In this document: piece by piece, positions 1 through 8,762 of the stretch
Position numbering within the stretch: position 1 is the stretch's first letter
How the letters are laid out: each line of letters starts with the position of its first letter
Position numbers and translations under genes: made by a program
Notes under the pieces: model-generated
Database searches by the model: none
The model's input: the letters and a program-made list of their open reading frames with translations, nothing else
Told to the model about the DNA's origin: nothing
Source: a virus
Lineage: Duplodnaviria; Heunggongvirae; Uroviricota; Caudoviricetes
IMG/VR virus record: IMGVR_UViG_2713896904_000004
Direction: 5' to 3' (one strand)
Length of the DNA: 30,821 bases

Positions 1-337
1 GATCTGGCAGCCTGAGTTCACAGATAAAACACTCTCCAGGAAACCCGGGGCGGTTCACAGCTTTGCTAATTCCGGGTAAATCAAGAATCAGATTCGCAAC
101 TTCAACCACCCTTTGGTACAACTTACCGCCTTTTTTCTCCCCATACTGTGGTTCTACATTCTTCAGATAACCGCAATCCGCCAAGGCGAGAAACGTTGCC
201 CTTGGGCATCCCTTCTTTCTTGAGGATTCGCTTTTTGTAACCTTAGCAACAGCGGCGTCCCAAGCCTCACGAGGAGACATTGATTTATCGGCAACCAAAT
301 TATAAGCAATTAAAGCGGCACGAGCGTATTGAGACAT
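1..337 (-). CDS. Hypothetical protein, 5' part only (ORF runs off the window start); begins MSQYARAALIAYNLVADKSMSPREAWDAAV
   Basis: Hand translation of the minus strand from ATG at 337..335 to position 1 gives 112 codons with no stop; absent from the ORF track because no stop lies inside the window. No family recognised. Confidence 0.4.
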   Translation of the reverse strand, partial: MSQYARAALIAYNLVADKSMSPREAWDAAVAKVTKSESSRKKGCPRATFLALADCGYLKNVEPQYGEKKGGKLYQRVVEVANLILDLPGISKAVNRPGFPGECFICELRLPD

Positions 338-922
338 AATGCATCCATATAAAAAATCTTATGATAAGACTTTTCTAATATGAACACTGTGATCTCACAT
401 ACTCTTGCAGGCTATTCAATTGGTTAGTTATGGTTTCGATGCGCTCACTGAGGACGAAAGAATCCCATTGAGCGATGTCAGTAAGTCTGAGACTGAAAGC
501 ATCATCCACGCCGGAGATGGTGCAGCATCTGGCGACCTGAGTTCATCACTAACCGATACAACCAAATAATATCATCGTAGAATTATTATTTATTTCCCCA
601 CTCCTTCTGCCATCTGCACCCAAATAGCGATCATTCCGACACAGATTTTCCTTTACATTACAAAAAATACCGTTCAAAAATGTAAACTCTTCCGGGTTAT
701 ACTCCCCCATCATCCACAATTTGCGCCACTCTTTGCCTGATACAGATAATATACAAAAAACATGCATCGTAGGGTCAGAAGTTCTGGTATTAACATCCAC
801 GATAATAAAAATAAAAGAAAGTAATTGCCGCCATTGTATGAAGAAGAAAAAATAACTAAAACGTCGAAAGGAACTGTGAACACGTTAAGGGAAAAATAAA
901 ATCAACGTATCATCAAGCAAAA

Positions 923-1822
923 CTAAACAGCGCCTTTATACTTCAGCCTATCTATAAATAAGGAGAATGCCGAGCCAGCATGTCGACGATGCGGATAGTA
1001 CAGGTGATAACCGGGTAAATCTGGTGTGAATTTATCCAGAACACGTATCAGTTTTTTTTCTTTAATCGCCCGCTCAACCTGATCATGAGGTAGATACGCT
1101 AATCCGTGCCCATCAATTGCAGCATCAATGATCAGGTCTATCGTATTCAGTAAAAGCTGACCTTCCATGCGAACACGAACTTCGCGTCCACCGCGTATTA
1201 ATCTCCAGCGATTTGCTGTACCCGATGTGGGAAGATACAAATTAATGGCCTGATGATCTATTAATTGTGACACTGACGTTGGAACACTTCGGCGGGAAAA
1301 ATAATCCGGTGAGCCAACAATAGCCATTGGTATATCTGGCCCGATTCGAATGGCGATCATATCTTTATCCATCTCCCCACCCAGACGGACGCCTGCATCA
1401 AAACGCTCAGAAACGACATCAGTCAAACCATAATCAATGATAAGCTGAATATCAATTTCAGGGTGTGATTTCAGGAATGTGCGCATGGCTGGTAACAATA
1501 TCGTTTTTGCTGCATGTTCTACAGTAGTAATACGTATTGTCCCGGATGGGCGATTCTGCAGCTCACTCAGGGATGACAGGGCAGAATCTATGTCATGCAG
1601 CATAGGGCCAAGAACAGACAAAAGATGCTCGCCCGCTTCAGTTGGTACAACACTGCGCGTGGTTCGCGTCAGAAGCCGCAATCCCAATCGTTCTTCTATA
1701 CGGCGCACTATCTGGCTTAAAGCTGACTGCGCCATGCCCAGGCGGACTGCTGCGCGAGTGAAGCTACGCTCCTCTGCAACGACGACGAATGCCATCAGAT
1801 CAGCGATTTCTTCACGTTTCAT
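923..1822 (-). CDS. LysR-family transcriptional regulator (299 aa)
   Basis: N-terminal HTH typical of LysR regulators (FVVVAEERSFTRAAVRLGMAQSALSQIVRRIEERLG), length typical of LTTRs with a C-terminal substrate-binding domain, divergently arranged with the neighbouring hydrolase gene. Confidence 0.85.
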   Translation of the reverse strand: MKREEIADLMAFVVVAEERSFTRAAVRLGMAQSALSQIVRRIEERLGLRLLTRTTRSVVPTEAGEHLLSVLGPMLHDIDSALSSLSELQNRPSGTIRITTVEHAAKTILLPAMRTFLKSHPEIDIQLIIDYGLTDVVSERFDAGVRLGGEMDKDMIAIRIGPDIPMAIVGSPDYFSRRSVPTSVSQLIDHQAINLYLPTSGTANRWRLIRGGREVRVRMEGQLLLNTIDLIIDAAIDGHGLAYLPHDQVERAIKEKKLIRVLDKFTPDLPGYHLYYPHRRHAGSAFSLFIDRLKYKGAV

Positions 1823-1846
1823 TCTGTATCTCTATACAATCTATTA

Positions 1847-1860
1847 ATCATTTAAATGAT
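1847..1860. promoter_or_regulatory. Perfect 14-bp palindrome ATCATTTAAATGAT in the divergent LysR/hydrolase intergenic region; candidate LysR-type T-N11-A operator
   Basis: Palindrome seen directly in sequence, 25 bp upstream of the LysR start codon and between divergent genes, where LTTR boxes normally lie. Confidence 0.3.
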
Positions 1861-1959
1861 AGGTCCAATCATGATTTTGGGTCTAATCAACTTAATGATC
1901 AATATCTATAGTGATATCACCAGCCGTTAAAACGAACCGGCAACGCCATGAGGAACGGA

Positions 1960-2880
1960 ATGATGAATAATAAAGTCAGCTTCACTAACAGCAATAATCC
2001 AACCATCTCTTTGTCTGCTGTGATCTATTTCCCTCCCCAATTTGATGAAACCCGTCAGTATCCGGCAATTGTGGTATCTCACCCCGGTGGAGGCGTTAAA
2101 GAACAAACAGCCGGAACCTATGCCGAAAAACTGGCGGAAAAAGGATTTGTCACCATCGCTTATGACGCCTCTTATCAAGGTGAAAGTGGCGGCGAGCCGC
2201 GTCAGTTAGAAAACCCATACATTCGTACTGAAGACGTCAGTGCCGTAATTGATTACCTGACAACACTTTCTTATGTCGACAATGCCCGAATTGGTGCGAT
2301 GGGAATTTGTGCCGGTGCAGGATATACAGCCAATGCTGCAATTCAGGATCGCCGCATCAAGGCCATCGGTACCGTTAGTGCGGTCAATATTGGTTCGATG
2401 TTCCGCAATGGTTGGGAAAACAATGTGAAATCTATTGATGCTCTGCCACACATTGAAGCTGGCTCAAACGCCCGAACCAGCGATATTAGCAGCGGAGAAT
2501 ACGCCATTATGCCACTGGCGCCAATGAAGGAGGCCGATGCGCCGAACGAAGAACTGCGTCAGGCCTGGGAGTATTACCACACCTCTCGCGCGCAGTATCC
2601 AACAGCACCGGGTTACGCTACTTTGCGCAGCCTTAACCAGATGATTACCTATGATGCTTACCATATGGCGGAAGTGTACCTGACTCAGCCGATGCAGATT
2701 GTGGCGGGCAGTCTGGCAGGAAGTAAATGGATGAGTGACGACCTGTACGATCGAGCATCAAGTCAGGATAAACGCTATCACATTGTTGAAGGCGCTAACC
2801 ATATGGACCTCTATGACGGCAAAGCCTATGTGGCTGAAGCGATTTCAGTATTAGCTCCATTCTTTGAGGAAACTCTGTAA
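1960..2880 (+). CDS. Alpha/beta hydrolase, dienelactone-hydrolase-like (Cys nucleophile)
   Basis: ORF track 1948..2880. Start moved to ATG 1960 because GAGGAA at 1950-1955 is a Shine-Dalgarno for the ATGs at 1960/1963. Motifs HPGGG, a GICAG nucleophile elbow with Cys, and a C-terminal ANHMDLYD His/Asp fit a DLH-type Cys-His-Asp triad. Confidence 0.75.
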   Translation: MMNNKVSFTNSNNPTISLSAVIYFPPQFDETRQYPAIVVSHPGGGVKEQTAGTYAEKLAEKGFVTIAYDASYQGESGGEPRQLENPYIRTEDVSAVIDYLTTLSYVDNARIGAMGICAGAGYTANAAIQDRRIKAIGTVSAVNIGSMFRNGWENNVKSIDALPHIEAGSNARTSDISSGEYAIMPLAPMKEADAPNEELRQAWEYYHTSRAQYPTAPGYATLRSLNQMITYDAYHMAEVYLTQPMQIVAGSLAGSKWMSDDLYDRASSQDKRYHIVEGANHMDLYDGKAYVAEAISVLAPFFEETL

Positions 2881-2968
2881 ATACCGGGTTATCGTAGATA
2901 TCAAAACAGCATAGAAAATAGCCAGTTTTGGGTAAAGTTTTGGGGAAGATTTTACATCATCATAAAAC

Positions 2969-2991
2969 AACGGGCGTGTTATACGCCCGTT
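2969..2991. terminator. Bidirectional rho-independent terminator hairpin (AACGGGCGT-GTTAT-ACGCCCGTT); terminator of the icd fragment on the minus strand
   Basis: Perfect 9-bp GC-rich stem with 5-nt loop; on the minus strand it is followed by GTTTTATG, 24 nt after the icd-fragment stop. It also lies 89 nt after the hydrolase stop on the plus strand. Confidence 0.6.
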
Positions 2992-3014
2992 ATAATATTT
3001 AACACATGTGGTAA

Positions 3015-3179
3015 TTACATATTTTCGATGATCGCATCACCAAACTCTGAGCATTTCAGCAGCTTAGCGTCGTCCATCAGACGTTCGAAGTCATAGGTTA
3101 CGGTCTTGGCGTTGATTGCACCTTCCATACCTTTAACAATCAGGTCTGCAGCTTCAGTCCAGCCCATATGGCGCAGCAT
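3015..3179 (-). pseudogene. icd: 3' fragment of isocitrate dehydrogenase gene icd (54 codons plus stop), the displaced copy at the prophage attachment junction
   Basis: Minus-strand translation [54 protein letters not shown] matches the C-terminus of enterobacterial Icd. The reading frame is closed by an in-frame stop two codons upstream, so homology ends at about 3180. Same 165-bp size as icdC beside e14 in E. coli K-12. Confidence 0.85.
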
Positions 3180-3412
3180 TAGTTAGATAACTAAATCGTA
3201 ACTATTTGACATAGCAGCATAATTTTACTAATTTGCATATAACTCATTAGCTCTTAGCATTTCCATAACTCATTGATTATCAACATGTGTTTTTGAGTTT
3301 TGATAACCATTTTTAGCATAAAAATAGCAGTTAACATTTGCAGAAGTTAAGATCAGAGAAAATTTTTACCCTGTAGGGTATTACGTCTTAAATGTGACTT
3401 TAATAAACAATT

Positions 3413-4246
3413 TTATTTCTGTAATCGATTTATATTAACGTAAAGCATCTCGATTAGTTCTTTTGCATTTTTACTATAGTGCAATTCTCTATGGCAATTC
3501 GGACAAAGGGCAACACAGTTATCTGTTGTATCAGCACCACCTGAAGACAGGGGAATTACATGATGCACTTCCAAGTATGGGCTTCCATCATTTAAATAAA
3601 ACGGAGCATTTTTACCACAGTTTTCACATATACCTTTACTTTGCTGTAAAATCCAAGCTTTTACCATCGGATCTCGGACATAAACTTTTTGTAGTCTTTC
3701 TACCTCAACTGGTTTCCTGGAGCCCTCGGGCTGACTCAACGTTTTCTTAATTAATTTACTAACCCTCATATTCAGAAGCGATTCATCATCTGTAGGCTGA
3801 GAAAGCTCTGATAGTTCTCCACGTATTATAGACACCCAAAAACTGTCACTATAAATACCTGGAACATTTATCAATATTCGTTTCGTTCTATTGCCGGAAG
3901 GAATTTCCTTTCTCCCCGTACGACTAAAATAAGCCTGATAACCACACATCTTCAAGCGTATATCGCGGGGGCTATTACCAATCAAAGTAAAATATTCACC
4001 AGGATGGATTTTTCTTTCATCCAAAGAATGCATATGTTTTCTGACTGATGATGACGCCAGATATACTACGACTTGGGATACACCAGAATCAACCAACCGT
4101 TCAATGATATAATCAAGAGCGATATTGTAATCTTTGTTTCTGTCACCCGGCCCCCACGACTCAAGGATTAGACCATAAACACCATCCTCTTCACCTATCA
4201 AACACTCAGCTTTCAGTTCAATTCCATTATTATCAAAAACATGCAT
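3413..4246 (-). CDS. mcrA: McrA, type IV (modified-cytosine) restriction HNH endonuclease, 277 aa
   Basis: Full-length match by recall to e14 McrA, including the C-terminal HNH motif (CENCGKNAPFYLNDGSPYLEVHHVIPLSSGGADTTDNCVALCPNCHRELH). AT-rich gene at the prophage end beside pin, as in e14. Confidence 0.9.
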   Translation of the reverse strand: MHVFDNNGIELKAECLIGEEDGVYGLILESWGPGDRNKDYNIALDYIIERLVDSGVSQVVVYLASSSVRKHMHSLDERKIHPGEYFTLIGNSPRDIRLKMCGYQAYFSRTGRKEIPSGNRTKRILINVPGIYSDSFWVSIIRGELSELSQPTDDESLLNMRVSKLIKKTLSQPEGSRKPVEVERLQKVYVRDPMVKAWILQQSKGICENCGKNAPFYLNDGSPYLEVHHVIPLSSGGADTTDNCVALCPNCHRELHYSKNAKELIEMLYVNINRLQK

Positions 4247-4352
4247 AATATTAATCTTTAATCAATTTTTTACGACAATACTACTTTTATTGATAAAATT
4301 GCAACAAGTTGCTGTTGTTTTATTTTCTTTTGTACACAAAGTGACTTTAACT

Positions 4353-4907
4353 TTATTTATCCCCTGCAGGAAACATCTTATACAAAGTTGACACACCAAC
4401 ATCATAGATGATCGCCACCTTCTGGCGAGGAACTCCTGATGCAATTAATCGTCCGGCCTGTTCCCATTGTTCTGGTGTAAGTTTGGGACGACGTCCACCA
4501 ATTCGTCCCTGTGCGCGAGCAGCTTCCAGTCCAGCTTTTGTTCGTTCAACAATCAGTTCACGCTCCATTTCAGCCAGGGCACCCATCACATGAAAAAAAA
4601 AGCGCCCCATTGGGGTACTGGTATCAATTGAATCCGTCAGACTACGAAAGTTAATGCCTCGTTCGCGCAACTCCTCCACCAGCACGACAAGATGCCGCAT
4701 ACTGCGCCCCAGTCGGTCCAGTTTCCAGACCACCAGCGTGTCACCTGCCAATAATGTCCTGAGCAGTTTTTTCAGTCCTGGTCTGTCGGACTTAGTTCCA
4801 CTGATTTTATCCTCAAAAATCCGCTCACATCCCGCGCAGTTCAGTGCATTACGTTGCAAATCGGTGTTCTGGTCATTTGTTGACACGCGTACATAGCCAA
4901 TAAGCAT
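4353..4907 (-). CDS. pin: Serine recombinase, DNA invertase Pin (Gin/Hin/Pin family), 184 aa
   Basis: Starts MLIGYVRVSTNDQNTDLQ with the catalytic Ser-containing resolvase N-domain and a C-terminal HTH; the track ORF 4353..4913 has two extra N-terminal codons. Adjacent to the invertible segment. Confidence 0.9.
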   Translation of the reverse strand: MLIGYVRVSTNDQNTDLQRNALNCAGCERIFEDKISGTKSDRPGLKKLLRTLLAGDTLVVWKLDRLGRSMRHLVVLVEELRERGINFRSLTDSIDTSTPMGRFFFHVMGALAEMERELIVERTKAGLEAARAQGRIGGRRPKLTPEQWEQAGRLIASGVPRQKVAIIYDVGVSTLYKMFPAGDK

Positions 4908-4934
4908 GATCATCCCTCTGAATAAAAACCAGAG

Positions 4935-5324
4935 ATGATGCCAGTTAGCCGTTATTTCTGCATTTTCATAAACGTTGGTTTGGGAGAAGCGGCAAAACGG
5001 AATGTGGGAACAGGAGAAAATCAGAAACCAGATATGTCTGCATTTCCATCTGGCAAAAACTGGTTTCAGTTACCAAGTGGTCATATTGTTCAAATGTTTT
5101 CGATGAATGTTTATGGGGCGGACACTAACGGAACTACTGGTAATTTCCCTATTGCATTTCCTTCAGGTGCACTGGCTGTTAGTGCCTTATGGTCTGATGG
5201 CACATTAACGGCTGCTCCGACCTTTAAACTTATGGGGTACACGACAACAAGGACATCAGTAACCTTAAAAGTATCAACCGGAAATGGTTTGTATGGAACT
5301 ATGATTATCGCAATAGGAAGATAA
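4935..5324 (+). CDS. Alternative tail-fibre C-terminal exon (silent orientation; would fuse to the constant N-terminal part after inversion)
   Basis: ORF in the invertible segment; NVGLGEAAK at its 5' end is encoded by the crossover site, and it is followed by its own tfa gene. Functional coding starts at the crossover (4963), not at the track ATG. Confidence 0.6.
   Translation: MMPVSRYFCIFINVGLGEAAKRNVGTGENQKPDMSAFPSGKNWFQLPSGHIVQMFSMNVYGADTNGTTGNFPIAFPSGALAVSALWSDGTLTAAPTFKLMGYTTTRTSVTLKVSTGNGLYGTMIIAIGR
4963..4988. repeat. 26-bp Pin crossover site, left (TTTTCATAAACGTTGGTTTGGGAGAA), inverted repeat partner of 6823..6848
   Basis: Its reverse complement TTCTCCCAAACCAACGTTTATGAAAA matches the site at 6823..6848 at 21 of 26 positions and resembles gix/hix sites. 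Confidence 0.8.
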
Positions 5325-5325
5325 T

Positions 5326-5769
5326 ATGAATCAATATATTTATTCCCCTTCGGAAAATGCATTTTATGCTGTTAATTTAAAAAATACTTATGAAGTAAAT
5401 GGAACATGGCCCGCTGATGCATTAGATATTCCTGATAACATTTTTGTAAAATATATAGCGGAACCGCCACAAGGGAAAATCCGAGTTGCAGGGGTAAATG
5501 GTTTTCCCACATGGGCTGAAATACCTCAACCATCACATGAAGAACTTATTCAACAGGCAGAATCAGAAAGAAAATTATTGCTTAATCAGGCCAACGAACA
5601 CATGAACAGTAAGCAATGGCCCGGTAAAGCCGCTATTGGTCGTCTGAAAGGTGAGGAACTGGCGCAATATAATTTGTGGCTGGATTATCTGGACGCACTG
5701 GAACTGGTCGATACTTCCAGTGCTCCAGATATTGAATGGCCTACGCCTCCGGCAGTTCAGGCCAGATGA
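5326..5769 (+). CDS. Tail fibre assembly protein (Tfa/Mu U-like), partner of the silent tail-fibre exon
   Basis: 147 aa, immediately downstream of the alternative fibre exon inside the invertible segment; its C-terminal DTSSAPDIEWPTPP mirrors the convergent tfa C-terminus DTSTAPDVIWPELP. Confidence 0.75.
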   Translation: MNQYIYSPSENAFYAVNLKNTYEVNGTWPADALDIPDNIFVKYIAEPPQGKIRVAGVNGFPTWAEIPQPSHEELIQQAESERKLLLNQANEHMNSKQWPGKAAIGRLKGEELAQYNLWLDYLDALELVDTSSAPDIEWPTPPAVQAR

Positions 5770-6343
5770 CATCCGGCGCGGTGCTGGTATCTGTTACCGT
5801 CACCGCGTCAATGTAATCCAGCACGGCGTTAAGTCGGGTTGTTTCTGCCTGCGTCAACTTCCGTCCGGCCTGCGATTTCAGTTGAATCAGACTAATGGAA
5901 GCCATTGCAGTATCAATCAGTGACTGACGTTGTGCTTCTGCCGCGTCTACTGCGGCGCTATGCTGTGCCTCGGTATCCGTCACCCATTTCTCACCATCCC
6001 ATTTATCGTATGGCGTTAACGGGGCGATAGTGGTTGTTTTTTCGGGGTAATCACCCGGAGTTGTGATTTCTTTGGCGTCTCCCGTTTCGGTGTTATAGAC
6101 GATTTCACCGCGATGGTCTGGCACATATTCCCATGAGTTTAAATCCATCGAACGGCAGATAGCATAACCAGCCTTATATGTGCCTGGTGCATCTAAACAG
6201 GAACATGCAGGAATACCGACACCCACAGCAAGATATTCATTTGAAGTGGAAATATATTCCCGGGTTTCACTATCATAGTTATATACTGTAATATTCCCTG
6301 CTTTGGTGGCGATAATCTCGCTATTTAATATGGCGTTATCCAT
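5741..6343 (-). CDS. Tail fibre assembly protein (TfaE-like, 200 aa), partner of the expressed tail-fibre variant
   Basis: Directly downstream of the tail-fibre gene with a 1-nt stop/start overlap, inside the invertible segment; same 200-aa size as e14 TfaE. Confidence 0.8.
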   Translation of the reverse strand: MDNAILNSEIIATKAGNITVYNYDSETREYISTSNEYLAVGVGIPACSCLDAPGTYKAGYAICRSMDLNSWEYVPDHRGEIVYNTETGDAKEITTPGDYPEKTTTIAPLTPYDKWDGEKWVTDTEAQHSAAVDAAEAQRQSLIDTAMASISLIQLKSQAGRKLTQAETTRLNAVLDYIDAVTVTDTSTAPDVIWPELPEA

Positions 6344-7125
6344 TATGCAGCCCTCACAATATAGTTAAATGCAATATTCCTTGGTCGAACCCTAAAACCA
6401 GCCCCTGCGCCTGCTCCAGTTGGTGGCAATTCGATAGAGGGGTATGCTGTTGCAGGGGAATATAGACCTTCACGGGAATCATAATCAGTCGTCATATAGT
6501 TAGACGTATTATCAGAAACAGTTTCTGTCGGTCTGGTAACCAGACGATAAGAGCCAGTGGTTGGTGATCTGACCAGACCAAAACTTTCAACCAGAGTGGC
6601 TTTTTGAAAGCTTAATAATCCCCGACCACTGTCAGCTCCACGCCCGTCATCCCAGCCACGAATAAACTCACCGCGTAAATCAGGTAATTTATTTGCCGGA
6701 TAAGCCTTTGCCAGTTCCGGGTATTCTTCAGCAGAAAATGCCGCACCGTTGCATTTCAGCCAGCCTGTTGGCGGAGTGGCAGAAGGCCACGGAACAGGCA
6801 CTCCAACGGGTAATGCCGAACCTTCTCCCAAACCAAGGTTTTCGAGAGCCGTTTTCACCGTGCCATCCGATTTGATATCGCCAAACGGATTATTGCGGCT
6901 TAACAGCAGCGCGCGAAGTGCGGTAAGCAACTGATCGTGCCGCCCCTTCTCCAGGCTGGCACCGGATGCCTCCACCACGCTGCAAAGCTCCTCCTGCAAC
7001 ATGTCAAAGTAGTCATCATCCAGATCGGTGGCAGGCGTGCCGGTCTGGGGGTTACCACGGGTAAAACCGTTCTTACCCGCGCCGAACTTATCCTTCTGCG
7101 CGGTTTTCGTGTCTATACGATGCAT
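6343..7125 (-). CDS. Tail fibre protein (constant N-terminal part plus variable C-terminal part in the expressed orientation), 260 aa
   Basis: N-terminus [21 protein letters not shown] is a typical Mu S / P2 H-like fibre N-terminus; the gene spans the right crossover site; Gly/Pro-rich C-terminal half. Confidence 0.8.
   Translation of the reverse strand: MHRIDTKTAQKDKFGAGKNGFTRGNPQTGTPATDLDDDYFDMLQEELCSVVEASGASLEKGRHDQLLTALRALLLSRNNPFGDIKSDGTVKTALENLGLGEGSALPVGVPVPWPSATPPTGWLKCNGAAFSAEEYPELAKAYPANKLPDLRGEFIRGWDDGRGADSGRGLLSFQKATLVESFGLVRSPTTGSYRLVTRPTETVSDNTSNYMTTDYDSREGLYSPATAYPSIELPPTGAGAGAGFRVRPRNIAFNYIVRAA
6823..6848. repeat. 26-bp Pin crossover site, right (TTCTCCCAAACCAAGGTTTTCGAGAG), inside the tail-fibre gene
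   Basis: Inverted repeat partner of 4963..4988; encodes the ENLGLGEG junction of the tail-fibre protein. Confidence 0.8.
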
Positions 7126-7128
7126 GGA

Positions 7129-7713
7129 TTACTCCGGATATTTAAAAATTACGTAGGTATGCGACGGGCAGAGTTTGTTAAGCACACACTCGACAACGGT
7201 GTCACCCCAGATACGCAGTGCGGAATCACAGGGATCGCCACATGTCATCCAGGTGGTGTTGGCGGCGGCTGGCATGTTGACCTGCCAGTAATACCGCCAT
7301 TCCGGCGCATTCACAGCGTCAGTACAGGCCGATGAGCAGGTGAACGTGCTTTTGTCGTATCGCGTGATGGTGGCATCCGGTCTGCCCAGGGCAGCAAGCT
7401 GTGCAAGATAAAAATCCTCGTTGATGCCGCCCGCCAGGTTAACCTTCGCATCCAGCCGTTGCTGACGCTGGCGAAGGGTCTGTGTCCCTGCGGGAATACA
7501 TTCATCCGGCAGACCGCACAGACGCTCCCAGCGGTTTATCAGTTCATTGGTGGTGCGCGGATCCAGCTCCCGCATCAGGGCATCCGCACGCTGATGAACG
7601 CGGGTTAATGACGGTGCCGCACCGGCAATCGCCGGATCGCTGGCTGACCACGCCGGACCGGGGGGCAACAGTGCCGACAACAGACGGATGTAATCATCGT
7701 TTGTCACGTCCAT
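7129..7713 (-). CDS. Baseplate/tail protein (Mu gp48 / e14 YmfQ-like, DUF2313-type), 194 aa
   Basis: Position between the baseplate J-like gene and the tail fibre gene, overlapping the upstream gene; size and order match Mu gp48 / P2 gpI-like proteins. Assigned by synteny and recall. Confidence 0.65.
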   Translation of the reverse strand: MDVTNDDYIRLLSALLPPGPAWSASDPAIAGAAPSLTRVHQRADALMRELDPRTTNELINRWERLCGLPDECIPAGTQTLRQRQQRLDAKVNLAGGINEDFYLAQLAALGRPDATITRYDKSTFTCSSACTDAVNAPEWRYYWQVNMPAAANTTWMTCGDPCDSALRIWGDTVVECVLNKLCPSHTYVIFKYPE

Positions 7714-8762
7714 GAAATCGTCCCCAGTACCGCCAGTTCATTTTTTGCAATGGAGATATTGTCTGCCGGTGCAAGCAACTGATGGCTGTATTCCCCGTTC
7801 GCACCGGAAATCGCCTCACTGATACGCGATACCTTCAGTTCTCCCTGCGGATAACCATCACGCAGCAGGAACGAACGCAACTCCGCGGTAATGGCAGCCC
7901 GTATTTCCGGTGTGTCCGGCGTCACACGGATATGAAAATCCACCGTATGTGCCACCGGCCTGAATACATACAAATCAGAGCCTGCCACCGGGGCCAGTGG
8001 CCCGATATGTTGTCTTGCTGCCGTTTCCGTTGATTCTTCCGGAATGGGATTAATCAGGTCACTGCTGGCAATCATCACACCGACAGTTCCCGTTCCCATC
8101 CAGTGACGGTATGTCCATGCGCGGGTAATGCCGGGCACTTCTTTAGCCCAGACGACATAGTCCCCGTCAGCCCCGCCCTGAGGCGTCCAGTAATACCGCT
8201 CAATGACGCGGGCGCGCCACGTTTCCAGCTCTTCAGTATCAAATCCACCTGTCAGGGTATCTGCCACGCCGGAAGACGGCAGACCATTAACCGGCGTGAC
8301 CAGGATTAATGCCGTACCGTCGTCAGCGTTACCGACCGCGCCTGCACTTGAGCAGGCGATCGGCACGCGCAGGACACCACCGGAGCTGGTTGCATCGGCA
8401 GTTGCCGTGTACTGAACCAGGTCATCGCGCTGAATAACACTCCCGGCGGTCACCTTCAGGCCATCGCTGACACCTTCCCAGCGCATATACCCGCTGGCAG
8501 CCGTGGCCCCCTTGCGCGGACACCGTTTCATCGCAGCATGTCGCGCCAGCCAGGACTCATCGCACAGGTCAGGCAGCATGTTCATTGCCAGATAATCGAT
8601 GTATCCGTAAACTGTATGCAGCGCCGCCGCATACACCTTTGCCCGCACGTCTTCATCCATGCGCCGGAGCGTGTCGCTGACGTCCAGCCTGGCGAATAAA
8701 TCGTTACGGAGCATACTGATATTTTCTGCCAGCGTCGGGCGCTGAAATTCACTGTCCGCCAT
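7704..8762 (-). CDS. Baseplate J-like protein (Mu gp47 / P2 gpJ family), 352 aa
   Basis: Size and position in the baseplate operon between the gp46-like and gp48-like genes; overlapping start/stop codons typical of the module. Confidence 0.75.
   Translation of the reverse strand: MADSEFQRPTLAENISMLRNDLFARLDVSDTLRRMDEDVRAKVYAAALHTVYGYIDYLAMNMLPDLCDESWLARHAAMKRCPRKGATAASGYMRWEGVSDGLKVTAGSVIQRDDLVQYTATADATSSGGVLRVPIACSSAGAVGNADDGTALILVTPVNGLPSSGVADTLTGGFDTEELETWRARVIERYYWTPQGGADGDYVVWAKEVPGITRAWTYRHWMGTGTVGVMIASSDLINPIPEESTETAARQHIGPLAPVAGSDLYVFRPVAHTVDFHIRVTPDTPEIRAAITAELRSFLLRDGYPQGELKVSRISEAISGANGEYSHQLLAPADNISIAKNELAVLGTISWT

Larger units (their letters stand above)
4963..6848. other. Invertible DNA segment (P-inversion-like, 1886 bp) carrying two alternative tail-fibre C-terminal exons and two tail-fibre assembly genes
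   Basis: Bounded by inverted 26-bp crossover sites next to pin. Both alternative exons start at the conserved junction peptide GLGE encoded by the crossover sites. Confidence 0.8.

Noticed and set aside
549-800. 83-aa minus-strand ORF in the AT-rich spacer between the truncated ORF and the LysR gene
   Set aside because: No ribosome-binding site or recognisable motif, and low-complexity composition in AT-rich DNA; kept as a possible small gene but not called.
1479-1847. 122-aa plus-strand ORF
   Set aside because: Lies entirely antisense within the well-supported LysR regulator gene; its Arg/Ser-rich composition is typical of an antisense read of a coding region.
923-2880. Identification of the LysR regulator and hydrolase as E. 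coli pgrR (ycjZ) and ycjY
   Set aside because: Sizes (299 and 306 aa) and divergent arrangement fit, but I cannot confirm the sequences from memory and those genes are not next to icd in K-12, so no gene symbols were assigned.
3463-3750. 95-aa plus-strand ORF
   Set aside because: Completely inside mcrA on the opposite strand; mcrA is confidently identified, so this is treated as a shadow ORF.
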